This document shows, in pieces, positions 1 to 42,234 of a DNA stretch of 64,000 bases. The translations under genes and the position numbers were made by a program. The notes beneath the pieces were generated by a model that was given only the letters and a program-made list of their open reading frames with translations, was not told where the DNA came from and did not search any database. Position 1 is the first letter of the stretch, and every line of letters starts with the position of its first letter. Source of the stretch: Amoebidium appalachense (taxonomy: Eukaryota > Protista > Ichthyosporea); contig CAVNZM010000007.1 in the NCBI GenBank assembly GCA_963693365.1, positions 4,151,962 through 4,215,961 on the forward strand. The letters run 5' to 3'.

Positions 1-196
1 GTGTATACGCCCACCCAAGCGGGTTTTTGGAAGAAGAATTTGGTGAGTGGGGACAGGGGTGTGTGTTTGTGCGTGTGCGTTTAGGGGGGGGGGGGGGGGG
101 GGAAGGAGGGGGGCAAACTTGCCAAAAAAAAATAAAAAGAAGAAGAAGAAGCTTGCCAAACAGGAGGCATGCGCGAACATGGAATGGAATGTTTGA
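1..196 (+). CDS. Possible last two exons of an upstream gene (partial, product unknown)
   Basis: Open frame VYTPTQAGFWKKNL ends at a GTGAGT donor (43); CAG acceptor at 161-163 continues in phase 0 as EACANMEWNV-stop (164-196). No recognisable motif. Confidence 0.25.
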
Positions 197-577
197 CGGT
201 GCGTGCGTATCCAACCATAGTGACCTTTATCGCACCATTTATAGTTCATAAAGAAGCGTTTTGGTCGGCGCACTCAGAAAGACCCTTTGGCTCACTCACT
301 TGCCAAAAGTTGCCCTGCGGTAAGTGTTACGACACTACATACATACAGTTCATAGGGACCTCTGCTTTTTGTTTTTGGCTTACAACCAATACTTCTGAGA
401 GCTGGCCGCAAGAATCTTTCAAGAATTTTCAATATGCTACGCTGCAAAGTTATAACAGCTTGAATTTATGAACGAGGCTCTGGGTCTATCTTCCCATAGA
501 GGTGTTAGTGTTCTAGTTGGGTTTTCTTACCAGCTTAGAAAAACAGCAATAGGCAGTAAGCCTTCCGCCATAACAGG

Positions 578-8310
<7,733 letters not shown>

Positions 8311-8534
8311 TGCACACACGCACGCACACGCACACGCGCACGCGCACGCGCACGCACATACACAGGCACTTTCTCCGTCCCTCCCCTTTTCCATCTGCCG
8401 CATTTCTCGATAACACATACAGGCGTATGACATTGCATAAGCCACCCTATCTGTTTTATTCCCCCCCCCCCCCCCAAACAGTCACCTTGTCTGTCTGTTT
8501 TATTCCTACTCCAACTCCCCCCCGCCCCCCTCAA

Positions 8535-8603
<69 letters not shown>

Positions 8604-9841
8604 CACACACACACAAACGCAAAAAAACACGTCTCACCCTACATGCGCCTCCGAGTCTCGGTGCCATTCACATTATTTGTGGTCCCTTGCCTGTGAACAT
8701 GTATGTCCGGGAACTCATTCCCAATAATTGCAGCGTGTTTTTGATAATATAATCAATTATGGCTTGTCTTATGTTAGTGACATCTGAAGGTGTGATATGT
8801 GCCCAAATAGATTTAGTAGCGCTGTGGTCTAGACTAGCCAGGTGTGCACTGGGCCATGACCATATAAATGGTGTGTTGTATATATGCTGGCTTACGCATG
8901 TGGGGCAGATTCATACAGTCACGCACCTACAAATAGGTAAGACGTGTGTGCTTGTGCACGTTGGCATACCAGACATACACGTACATTCACATGTGCACAC
9001 ATTCGCATTCGTCAACATGTGGCAACATAGCCACATACAAACATGCACTCGCGCGCACACACATACAGACACTAAGCAAGCGTTCTTTTTTATATATTTT
9101 TGTAGCCTGTGACATCACTTTTTCGATTCCAATTCTCGGAAAGCGTGATGTTACAGTATTATGTTAAATGGTGTGCATTATTACTACACTCCAAAGTGGT
9201 GATGTTATTTCTTCTTGCTGCACACAATGTAATACGATTTTTTTAGTGGTATGTAGACGTATCGATCCGGCTTCTATCAAGTCACTGAGTAAAATGTCAC
9301 TTGGTTTATAGTAGCAGAAAGCCGTAAGCTGATGTAACGTACCATAAAAATAACAACCATAAGCAGCTGGAAGTCTTTTGGTGACGTGTCCCCCCCCCCC
9401 CCCCCCCCCCCCCCTACCCCTTCTCCACATAACCACCCACCCACCACCACCGCCACTACCACCACCATCACCACAAATGAAAAGAAAAAGAAAAAGAGAA
9501 AAAAAAAGAGGAAAGAAAAGAAAAGAAAGCATCCCACCCCCACCCGTGAACAATTTTTTTTTTTAAAAAAAAGAAACCAACCTATACAGGCTCCTCAAGC
9601 CACCGTGCAACCTTCCCCACCCTGAGGACTCATGCTGACTGTCGCCGGCTCCATCATGCATTTCATACTATGATACGTGCATCGGATCCGCGCGGATGGA
9701 CGTGTGTGCACACACACACAACACGCAAACGCACATGTACAGGCACACACAAACATGTACATGCATACACGTGCATGCACACGCATGGTATTCTGTGACG
9801 CGGCACGCATGCACGTGCGTGCTTGTGTCACACACACACGG

Positions 9842-9881
<40 letters not shown>

Positions 9882-9882
9882 A

Positions 9883-9972
<90 letters not shown>

Positions 9973-10438
9973 TTTTCACCATTTTGTCCCTAGCGGGTTT
10001 CTATCCCAGCCTACACGCAACACATACATGTGTAGGCACACACACACATACACATGTGGAGTCGACCGGTCCGGATCCTTCCGGGTCCGACGGTCCCGGA
10101 CCGACGGCCACCGCGGCGCAGTGCACAGCAGTGGAATGTTTGGGCTCAGTCAATAGCTAATAAAAACATACTTAACCAGGGTGTGTAATCATTAGTTTAA
10201 CAGTTGAAGGCCTGGCCGCTAGGGGGCTGGGCCAGTGGGCCGTGCCGCATGGGTGACGTACCTCGAATCTCGCAGCAGGCTCTTCCTTTTCAGTGATGGC
10301 TGACACGCAAAGAACGTGATTTATTACGAGTGAGACTCTTAAAGGTATTTTAGTACCATCTGCAAGAGGAAAGACGTGTATTCCAGCTGTCCAAAACATG
10401 ATGAAACAAAGACGAGTCAAAACCCTGACCCTACTTGA

Positions 10439-10450
10439 AACCAATCACAG
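10439..10450 (+). promoter_or_regulatory. CCAAT box (NF-Y/HAP type) upstream of the gene at 10527
   Basis: AACCAATCACAG ~80 bp upstream of the ATG; the identical 12-mer occurs at 26113-26124 in another promoter region. Confidence 0.45.
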
Positions 10451-10526
10451 ACTTTATCTGCACATAACTAAATATGGCTATTAGTCTTTCTGAGCCACCC
10501 GCTAGGTTCGAGTTCAACTTGGTACC

Positions 10527-16322
<5,796 letters not shown>

Positions 16323-16725
16323 AAGGCTGGATGATTTTGCACCAATGGGGTTGGGCCGTGGGATGGACGACCCAATGGGATTGGGTGGGTTAAAAATAGG
16401 CCCAAAGAACGGGCTGCCGGGAACCAATGATAATGGTCCGTTTTCACCCCCGCCGCTGCCTGCGGCTGGATCGGATTATAAGGCTGGGTGGGGTTGGTGG
16501 TGAGAAGGTGGCGGGTGGTGTGTTGCGTTATGCCTGGGGTGTGTGGGGTTGTAGCCCGTGGGTAGTGTGGTTCTGTAATTAGTATTTAGATTTAGGTGGG
16601 ACTGAAAGTGTTCATCCGGGATATGTGTAGACCAGGACGGTACCTTAGGGGACAGTATTTTTTCCTTTGTTATTCTATTTGGTATGATTTTGAACGTGGT
16701 GTGTGTGGGTGGATGTGGATTTTTT

Positions 16726-16783
<58 letters not shown>

Positions 16784-16900
16784 TCCTTTGAATGAATTAC
16801 CTTACAGCATTTGTTTTTGGCTTATGTATGAAGGTCCCCTGTTATTTGAAACAGATATTTAGGGACATGCACGTGCGCATTTACACAAAACGCGCGCGCG

Positions 16901-16939
<39 letters not shown>

Positions 16940-17581
16940 CTAAACACACACACACACGGATGGGGAAGAGAGATGGCATGGATCTAATTTTGATTTTTGA
17001 AAGCCACGAATTACTGAGATTTTTGAAACTGGTATGAAAAGTGTAAGAAACTATTGGTACGAATGCAGCATTACGTGAATTGGTTGGTGCAAAACACCTT
17101 GGGTGGTTGACTCACCCTCTGCACACCAAAAAGGGACGTGGAAACCAGCTACATTCACTGTCACAGGGCCATTGTAATAGTCAAGACCGTGTGATATCCA
17201 ATGAATATAAAGATCTGCACATGCAAGGACAGAAGTGAAACACTTCGAATTCCCTTCCTCCCAATTTCCGGAGTACAAACCCACCTCCCCTCAGGATTCC
17301 CCCCCCCACCCTCTGCGGCCGGTATCCCTCAGGCCCCTCCCCCGGATCCCCATCCCCACAGTGCACATTCACCCACCCTGCCTCCGCCCATTCCATCACA
17401 CCCTCCTACTGCCTCAAGTTCTTTGCTCTTATCTGGCCCAACAGGGGCCACATGCATCAGTTGGTGTTCAAGTCCCTCAGTCCGCCCATGCCCCGATCAT
17501 GCACAATGTCATGCGCTACCGTTGTGCTGGTACCCCTATGATGCATCCCGATCGACAACTTGGCACAATCCATGATATGCC

Positions 17582-17617
<36 letters not shown>

Positions 17618-17716
17618 CTAGCCCGGAGACACCCATGGCCATCCATTCTAGATCTAGCAGTGGGTTGTGGTGCTGGTGGGGGTGGTGTTTTTTTTGTTTT
17701 TTTTTTTTGCTTTGTT

Positions 17717-17768
<52 letters not shown>

Positions 17769-17829
17769 CTGCCCGTAAGGTGTGTGTCATGTGGTGTATT
17801 TGTGTGTGTACGCGCGTGCGCGCGCGCGC

Positions 17830-17888
<59 letters not shown>

Positions 17889-18267
17889 CGCAACCCGCCG
17901 CGCGTGCAAAAGTTAAAGAAATAACTAACGGGTATACAGGGGGAAAGCATTGCACGGTCTGCTCTTGTACACCTACACACACTGACACACACATAAGTAT
18001 ACGAAAATACAGTGAATACACTACAAAATACACCACCTTGTGATGCTCAGTCTGATCTGATAGATCTTTCTGGCAGACTATTTATATCCAGTTTGAGTAG
18101 TCAAAGGCATCTAGCCAATCATCTACCTCGAACCATGATGCCAATAGCTGACATCAGACCAATTAAATCACTTAACAGCAAACAGTCCATAACAACTCCT
18201 AACTGCTTCATTGCAGCCGTTGATATCACAGCTAATATTAGCATAAGTCCCCCCCCCTCCCCCCCCC

Positions 18268-18299
<32 letters not shown>

Positions 18300-18624
18300 A
18301 AAAAAAAAAAAAGAAAGAAAGAAAGAAAGAAGAAGAAGTGGCAAGCAAGGGGTTCTTCAGTTCGGTCCAATAAATGTTAGCTACAAATTAGCTAAATAGA
18401 CAACAGCATACTAAATTGTCGTGGTAAAACCAAGTCTTTAGTTCATTCAATCTTTAGCATATGTACACTAACAACGAGACCCAGCTGATAAGTTTTGATT
18501 AAAGCTACATAAATCCTCATGCATACCAGCCACCACAATCCCCCCCCCCCCCCTCCCCCCTGTCCCCCCCCCCCTCCCCCCGGCCCCCGCACCACCTTAT
18601 ATGGTTATTTATCCGCGCCTCTTT

Positions 18625-18856
18625 TCATTGGTTGCCTGCAGCCAATGCCGGTGCCAATGGGTGCTCCTTTAAGGCGCTGACCTCCTTCACAATATCTCCC
18701 CAAAAGGCCCGAGGCCACCCATGCCCCATGCGGTCGATCTGTAGATCATTTGGAATAAGTTAAAATTCGATTATTGAAATACAGGGAAGATGGTTTTGTG
18801 TGTGGGTGTGCCTGGATCTGTGCGACTGTGTAGATGTTTGCGTGTGCACGTGTGTG

Positions 18857-18888
<32 letters not shown>

Positions 18889-19130
18889 TGCGTGCGTGTG
18901 TGTGCGCGCGCGCATGTGTGTGTGTGTGTGTGTGTGTGCGTGTATGTGTGTGTGGGGGGGGGGGGGGGGGGGGGGGGGGGGGTCACGCGCGTGTCCGACT
19001 CCGCCCGCCCGTGCCTGCCTATGTGTGTGCTCCGCGCGTGCCTGTTTATTTTGAGGAGGGGGAGCTCTGTCTCTATTTCTCTTTCTTTCTTTCTCTTTCC
19101 GGCAGCCGGGGACGTGAGGGGAGGAGGGGG

Positions 19131-19180
<50 letters not shown>

Positions 19181-19343
19181 CGACAGTGGTAGTTGGGAAG
19201 TCAACACGATGGCGTGGCCCGGGTTGACTCATACCACAGCCACCTTCCTATCTTTACTTGTCTGGCCAGAAACCAATGATAACCCTACCCACTGAACTCT
19301 TCACGTCCTTTCCTTTGCTAGCTCCTCTCCCGCTCCTTCTTCC

Positions 19344-19374
<31 letters not shown>

Positions 19375-19979
19375 AAAAAAAAAAAAAATAGAACACGAAG
19401 AAGAAGAAGACGAAGCAAAAGAAATAAGAATGCGCTAAGATGCCCAATCCCCTCCCCCCTCCCTCTTTTCCGCCTGTTTTTGCATAACCCCCCCCCCCCC
19501 CCCTCCTCCCACCCCTCTCTTCACACACACACACACACACAAAGACATCCACACAATAGCACATCCTTACACACAGTCACCCGACTCCGCGCTCCTGTCT
19601 CATTCATTAAATGCCTGAAAAGCCAAAGCCTTGTCCTTAGACTCTAAAGCAGGGATGGGAAGAGAATGTTGCACGTGTGAGAGAATAACCGGATCTAGGA
19701 GAGGATGACCAGTAGAAAGAAGGATGGAAAAAAGGGATAGGCATGTGGAGCTTGCGATCGGAGGAGAGCGGGAGGGGGGCGGGGGGGAAGGAGGCGAGGG
19801 GGGTGAGAGAAAGAGAGTGGGGGGAGAGGGGGCGAAAGAAAGGGGGGGGGAGGGGGAGGCGGGTGGGGAGAGAGGGGACGGGGAGAGAGGAGAGAGAGGG
19901 GGGGAGGGGCGAGGGGGGGAGGGCGAGAGGGGAAGGGAGAGAGGGGGAGAGAGACGGGGGGGAGGGGGGAGAGGGGGAG

Positions 19980-20020
<41 letters not shown>

Positions 20021-20389
20021 GAGGGGGGGGGGGGGGGGAGGGGGGGGGAGGGGGGAGGGGGCTGCAATGAGAGTCATCCCACATGTGAAAAAAATAAATA
20101 AAGTAAGCGAGAGAATCCACACCAGAACGAGTTTGGCGCCGGGGATTGCCTGTGCCGTGGCCACACCACATTGGAAGGGTATTAGGCAGTCATCTTTGCC
20201 GTGGATCACCAGTGCTTTAACCTAATATAGCAGGAAAGGACGGTTAGCTATTGGTCGCTCTGAGATTAAACGGCTGTCACTTTGACATGTATGGTGGGTG
20301 AAGCATCAAAGCTTAATAATCTTGGTTCGTATAAAGGGCTCCTGACACAAACAACACAGATAATTGTGGCGGGTGGATGGTTGTGTCGT

Positions 20390-20478
<89 letters not shown>

Positions 20479-20537
20479 CACACGTGCTTGGGTGAGTGTG
20501 CGTGTGTGTTTGCGTGCGCGCACGTGTGTGTGTGTGT

Positions 20538-20588
<51 letters not shown>

Positions 20589-21740
20589 GGTGTGTGTGTG
20601 TTTTGGTGTGTTGGGGGGGAGGGGGGAGGGGGGGAGGGGGGGGGGAGGGGGGGGGGAGATGCTTGTAGGTAAGGGTGTCGATATGCATCCAATAATTGCA
20701 AGGGGAAGGAGATAGAAGGAAGCGGGATACGGAGGGAGTTGGGGGGGGGGGGGGGGGGGTAGTGTGCTCAGAAGAGGTGTGGATACACTCTGAATAACCA
20801 AAAGTTGAGGAAGAGGGGATATGTGCTCTGTCGGAGAGTGGATATACCGGTAGGGATACGTGTTCTACAGGGGGTATATATACGTTGGATATTATATATG
20901 CAGGGTGACAAGCATTTGTTGGTGCTGTGGATAAACGTTCGATAGTCAAAGGAGTGGCTGATAATTATTCCTTTGAGGTGTGGATATACGTTGGATAGTC
21001 AAGGGGTTGGTTGATAAATATTCCTTTATGGTATGGATATACATCGGATAGTCTCACCTTGAGCTGCTTCAGTTTCTCGGTCCTGTCCTGTGCCGCCAAG
21101 ATAGCAGCCAGATGTCTGCCTCCGGTGTTTCCTGTCCACCGCCCAATGCATTCCTCCCAAAGTGCACGTGAATCCTCCTCATCAAATGCCACACCGTGCC
21201 TGGTTTTTGCGCAAAAAATAAATTAATTTCAGTATGACAAATGGGTTGTGATGTGATTGGTTGGGAGTGTCTTGGGAACTGCGATTAACGGTTTGGGTGC
21301 CTGAGTGAGTGATCGTCTTAGAAGGGTGTGTGCGTGAATGTGTGTGTGTGTGTGTGTATGTTGTAGATGGGGAAGTAGATGACACGGAGTGGTAATTTAA
21401 TAATAATACTCGGGCTTGTATACCATGTATTTATAGTTAGGTAAATGTATAAAACCGTGTACAGGCAGTGTGAATTAGAACCAGTGAGCTTACAAGGGTG
21501 CTCTGCCAACGTTAGTTACACCAAAATGAACGGTGACCTAAGGAGCGCATCACCACACGTTCATTAGCTAAGCGTTGGTCTAGAATGTAAAAATACACAC
21601 TAGCGGACTTAGTCCCTGCCTTAGGCGTCCCAAGTAGCTATACGCGAACTGGTTCGAGCCGGTGTATGGCTATATGTTATAGTGGACACTGTGATCAATG
21701 GTACACGGTAATCGGTGAAGTGAGGTTTTCGATGGTCACA

Positions 21741-21814
<74 letters not shown>

Positions 21815-21826
21815 AGTGCGTGTATG

Positions 21827-21916
<90 letters not shown>

Positions 21917-22865
21917 GCCCAGGGGGAAAGAAGGGAGGAGGAGGGGGAGGGGGAGGGGGGGGGGGGGGGAATAGGCATATGGGACGGAGCGGGGCATGTA
22001 TGCACTCACATCCAACGATATTTGTCCACGTGATATTCAACCAATTCGGCTGAGGTGGATGGCTGGGGCATAATCAGGCACAGACGGGTGTACAGGCTGG
22101 GGCCCGGTAGGTGCATGTTCCCCTGTAGTGGGTTTTTAGTTTTATATTTTAAAACTAAACAAATATATATAAAAATGCCGTCACAGAGTTGTGTACAAGT
22201 CTTGTATTTTCGCTGTATTTTCGTGCAAGACCTTTGTTTTGGGCAAAACTATGCATAATGAAATCTGTTTGCACCCCTCAAAAGCTGCAAAGAACCCACA
22301 CCAAACACATCTTTACCCCCATTTTTCGTATCCATCTCATGCGTGTAATATTTACACTGCAAGAATGCGCCCCGCCTCCCCCCCCCCCCCCCCCCCCCCC
22401 CCCTGGGTCGCCCACCCACCCACCCCAACACACACGCACACACACACACACCCCTTCACCTTCTCGTCCCCATCCCTGCCTGCCCTGTCAATCAACCCCC
22501 ACCCCAAATCGCTGCAACCCCTTTCCAGATAACACAACCACCTAAGGATTCCCTGGAGGGGTCGATGATAATCGTTCGGGCGGCCATATGCACTTTAGAA
22601 CGGCTTGGCTTTCAAATCAGAGCTGAAACTCACAATTTGAAGTCAGGTTGCTGAAACCCTGTTTAAAAATCTTTTTTTAAAACAAGTAAAACAAACATAA
22701 AAATTAAAAGTACCTACCGTAGTGGACATGACGGATACGAGAGATAGCAATCTGATTGGGTGTCTGATGGCCACCAGCTGTGCAATCATCCCCCCCATGC
22801 TCTCACCAAGCACGTGCGCATGCGAGATGTGGAGGTGGTCTAGAAGGGCAACGGCGTCTGTACGT

Positions 22866-22917
<52 letters not shown>

Positions 22918-22934
22918 ATGTGTGGATGTGTCAC

Positions 22935-23010
<76 letters not shown>

Positions 23011-23810
23011 GTCGAGTGCGTGCGGATGTGTATGGGGCCCCAGGAGAGAGGGGAGGGGGAGAGGGGGGTTGGTTGGTTCAGACAGACACACCACTTAGGC
23101 ACCCCTTTCTTTTCTTCATTCTTTCTGTCTTTGCAAACTCTGTTTCATCTTCTTCTTGCCTCTCTTTCTTTCGTTTCGTTTGTTCGTTTCGGTTCCTTTC
23201 TTTCTCCCTCTTTCTCTCATTTTGTTTTCTGATTGAGAAGTGGCAGGGGGCTCCGGGGAAAGGGAGAGGGGGGTGAGGGGGGACTGTGTGTAGGGGGGGG
23301 GGGGGGGGGGGTGTGTGTGTGTGGGGGGGGGGGGGGGGGGGGGATGTATACCATCTGCCATGTCATCCAGGGTGTACGCACAGTGGCCCCTGTAGCCCAG
23401 CAGATGACGCAGGCCATTGGCTAATATGTTGGGGCACCCTAGATCGTCAAATCGGCTGCTGAGCCCTACGTCACGGCTGCACAAAACCAACCAATCAGCA
23501 TGCAGAGTTAAATTTTCATATCGGTGCTGTTTGTTCACGAATGCTTCGGCCTCATTAGACTACCGCGACAGGCCTTCTTACAATGGCATGCAAAGACACT
23601 GTCTGTGCTTTTGGAAAAAAGGATTTAAAAAAAAAAGGATAACTAAATATGAAGTTGGTGCGATGAGGGGGTGAAATAAAACAGCTTTAAGAAAAAAGGG
23701 GAAAAATTCGAAAAATCACAAGGCATCAACCCTGGCATCGTGGCGTACCTTCTTTTATTAAAAGGTAATCTACCCCCCGTCATCCCCACCAAAAAAAGAA
23801 AATAGAAAAA

Positions 23811-23854
<44 letters not shown>

Positions 23855-24089
23855 GAGAAACAGGCATGTATGTGAGCCTCATCCATGTATCTATTCAACG
23901 CACATCAGTCGGTGCCGAGAGGCAGTTTTGTGGATACTCTGGATTAATGTGGACCCCTCCCTCCCCTTCCCCCCCCCTCTTCGTCCCCACCATCACCACC
24001 ACCACCACCACCACCACCACCACGATCCCACCCCTCCCCACCACCACGGGCGCCCGCGCCTGCGCGCTCGGGTGCGTTCACACACACTC

Positions 24090-24171
<82 letters not shown>

Positions 24172-24315
24172 GCACACGAAAGAAAAAAGAAAAGCATCAT
24201 GATAAAACTCCCGGTTGCAGCACTATTGCCCCATACACCGTTATATTCTTGGTAGCCCTCCCCCCTCCCCCCCCCCCTTCCCCCCTTCTCCCCCCCCCCC
24301 CCCCCCCAAAAAAAA

Positions 24316-24346
<31 letters not shown>

Positions 24347-25135
24347 GAAAAGAAAGAAAGAAAGAAAGTTGAAATGAAATACCACGTGCACCGTAAAAAA
24401 TCACCAAAAAAAAAAAATGAAAATGAAAATAGAACACCACCGGGATACTACCACATGCACATCCATGCAATACGTAGTCCGTGACCTCAGTGACCATACC
24501 CGAAAACAACCATTTGCACTGCATATATTTCGAGCTCTAAAAAAATCAGGTCCCGGTCATGCATGGATTTTGTATGCACACATGAACACGTAGCCACACA
24601 CGCGCAAAAACACATTTAATCTTTTATGAGAGGCACACCAACACATGTCCACGCCTGTGCATGCAACACCGCGACCAACCACCGCCATCATGATGTGCAT
24701 GGCACGTGATCACAAGTCAAACATGCACACAACAATGCGTGCACCTGGGGTTTGGCCCCAGCACAGATTTCGCAGACAGGCCCCACAGAAAATAAAACAA
24801 GAATGGACGGTCACTGTGGAAACCCGTTTTTTGGTATTCAGAGGCCAAGCCCCGGATGGCACACAACCCTTTTTCATGGGCATACACATTACACATAGTG
24901 CACGGTAATCCACACAGACACTGATGTAAATACATGCATGCACACAGAGAGAGACGTACTTGTCATAAATGATGACATAGAACCCACTGTCAGCAAACAT
25001 GCTGCACAGCCTCCTAGGCCAATGCGTCAGCTGCCCATCCAGGCCCTGTATCAGCAGCAGCGCAGGGTTCTCCTCCCTTCCAAATGTTTCATACTCGAGG
25101 TACAGCCCCCTCCTCTTGAGGTCTGCGCGCGGCAT
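18625..25135 (-). CDS. Alpha/beta-fold hydrolase (esterase/lipase-like, bacterial-type), 7 exons, ~302 aa
   Basis: Phase-consistent exons 25135-24960, 23476-23352, 22857-22718, 22122-22010, 21199-21058, 20221-20123, 18738-18625. Motifs [33 protein letters not shown], nucleophile elbow GESMGG, acid in VIHGKDD, His in MGH: complete Ser-Asp-His triad. Confidence 0.93.
21454..21709 (+). ncRNA. Highly base-paired multi-helix element in hydrolase intron 4 (antisense to host); possible organellar group II intron domain I remnant or other structured RNA
   Basis: Nested complementary pairs: 21454-62/21701-09, 21466-71/21686-91, 21478-85/21648-55, 21506-18/21565-78, 21525-32/21558-65, 21635-43/21663-71, plus GGAC/GTCC and TGCC/GGCG hairpins. 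G-U wobbles work on the + strand only. Family identity is inference. Confidence 0.45.
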
Positions 25136-26717
25136 TTTTGTCACAAAGAGAAACTGGCTGGCATGAATCTATTTGAAAAACGTCAAGCAATCCGTTTGTC
25201 GTGGTAAGGTCACCATATATATCACGGCATCACATGTCTCGTCTGTACACCATATGCACGCATAGGTAATTACGGTAGTCTTGGATTGAACAAGGCGAGA
25301 AACTTCAGAAAGAATATGTAGCTCATGGCTCCGAGTCCTTATGCAAACTGCGTGCTCCCTCAGGCAGCATGGCTACCAGCCTACAGCCAATATAAAAAAA
25401 AGCAGTGTGACACTGTGAGGCACTCTAAATTGAGATCTGGTTTAGGAGGAACGATGACTGATAAGGTGGTAATCAATCGGATCTGTGGATAAACGATAAA
25501 GGCTGCAGATGCATATTATGGCGTAATAATAGCACGACAAATGCAGTTGTATTTTTCAAATTTCAAGTGAAAGACGCGATGCGTAAGCTATAACATAGGA
25601 CACGCACAGGGATGCTCTGCTCTATGTCAGACCGTTTGCGTCAGTGACGACGATAAATCCGCGTTTAAGAATTCGGTTGTAGGGTGACAAAAGATAATAT
25701 CACTGCTTCAGTACGAAAAAAGAGAGACATTCTGCATCAATGCATATCCTACCGGTATACCTAAATTCAATTAAGATTTTACCCTAAAAAAAAGGATGCC
25801 AACAAAAAAAAGGTTTTATGTTGCTTGAACAAAGTATTTCATTCGTGTCTAAAATCTTGTACGCGGATGTAGAACAGCACGATCCGGCCATCCGCAGTCC
25901 GAGGGCCATATGCATCAGTGTAGCGCTGTTCTCCCGGCAAGACATGTACTTGCTTTCCGTATATATCACAGCCTGTGTCGTTTCATATGGTTTTTATATT
26001 GCTGACTTCATGTTTACGAGGTAGTTTCTGAAGCCTTAGTATATAAAGGATGCAAGGGGCCCAACTTTCGGCCATTGCGCCGCACATGCCTGAGCGATAA
26101 AAGATTTTATTCAACCAATCACAGTTCAATTGTATGGGAGTGTGCGCCGGTCCCGTTACCTTGTTTTGCCTGTCTGGAAGGCGGCAGTCATACTCACGCC
26201 GTGGCCCGGCTTTTTAGCCTCCTGACGGTCTTTGTCTCATAAGTCAAACACCTGACACCTGACTTCCTCAAGCACCGTTAGCCCCATCAGTACTTTCTCT
26301 CGTTCGTTTTGCTGTGTGTGTTTTCTATTTGGCATATGTAGTCATGGTCGCGGCGTGTGACAAGCGCCCATGACATGTATCAGCGATAGCACGCAATCTT
26401 TTCCCCACCAACCTATGATAGATTATGCTCCTGTTCATGTTAGAGCCCGCCCACGCTATGTTGTCTTAGGCCCCTTTGCACGTGCATCATCACCTTAGTT
26501 GCTCGTTTATCATTGCCAAGTATAGTACATCGCTAAGAGGAAAGGGGAAAGGCCGAAAAGAGCGGGCCTTTTCTGAGACTCAGCCTGATATGAAACGGCG
26601 CGCGCACTTGAACTGCCCCGAGCATTTTATCCCATGCATCTAGCTAACATGAACAGTTGGAGATCCAAGAGAAAACAGCTGCAGTTCACGGATGTGTGAT
26701 TCGCATGTGTGCTGAGG
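25136..26717. promoter_or_regulatory. Divergent intergenic/promoter region between hydrolase and FAAL-NRPS-like gene
   Basis: ~1.6 kb between two outward-facing ATGs, free of the microsatellites found in introns; TATAAAG near 26042 and AACCAATCACAG at 26113-26124. Confidence 0.55.
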
Positions 26718-41206
<14,489 letters not shown>

Positions 41207-42143
41207 GTCTATGTCCGATGAGTTTCAGTCTGGTTTGAATATTAATTCCTGTTAAACTTTGACGGTGTGGTTTTAGACGGGTGGTGATTATGTATACCAA
41301 GGGCTTAACTCATATATGGATCAAACACTCGGTCACCGCTAACAGTTTGTTATCCAGTCGAAAGGTTAGCATGTAGGATCTGGATACTCCATATGTATAC
41401 AATTGCGCGCTCTAAATTAAATGCATATGCAAATTATTTGCAACCTCAACTTGATTGCGGTAATATCATATACCTACCTTGTTATTCATTTTTCGAAACT
41501 GCATGTGTCTGGGAGTTTACGCTGGTATGGTTCTTTTTGTTTGCTCGGTATATCCCCCAAACATTATATCACGATGAGGTACATATCATAGATGCCGGGT
41601 GATTATCATCTATCTCAGATCGCAGGCGATACAATGCAACTGAATATTAATTTGAATGTACAATAGCCATGATGCAGTGATGGTCTCACACAGTTGTATA
41701 TAAATTGTCTAATGATGTATGTACCTGGCATGTGTTTCATTGCCACTAAACCGGTATGTAGTAAGAACTCACATGGGTGGTGGTTTTGATTAATCACAGA
41801 GTGAATTACCGTTTACTTTGTTGTTAATACTTCGCTTTATAACTTAATATCACGTAGTCTTGAGAAATCAGGCATACCGCATCATATACTAGGCTAATTT
41901 GTTATCAATAATCAATGATCATGTGCAGACAGTGTCCTGTGAGACAATTAACTAATAACAGTTGTTGATTGTTTCCAGCAAATGGTGAGTCGCACTCCTA
42001 CTGTACAACCACAACCTGCATATAGTAGATCATGTGCAGTACTGAAGTATGGTAGGAGGACAAAAAACTAAATAAATGGTGAAAGGCACTCATTTTTAGG
42101 CTACATCTACTCTGCGTTCTCTTCAAGCTTGGGCTTCCAGCCT

Positions 42144-42234
<91 letters not shown>

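Noticed and set aside
9108-9154. Hairpin TGTGACATCAC...GTGATGTTACA downstream of syntaxin
   Set aside because: Single short inverted repeat with no second copy or functional context.
10071-10120. GC-rich quasi-palindromic cluster (CCGG/GGACC repeats)
   Set aside because: No matching terminus or family could be identified.
16960-18240. Protein-like frames between the two convergent genes
   Set aside because: Frames are interrupted by stops, have no recognisable motifs and give no consistent splice model.
21565-21672. tRNA-like A box and GGTTCGAGCC B box
   Set aside because: No cloverleaf: 6-nt T loop and no anticodon arm in register; better explained by the larger structured element.
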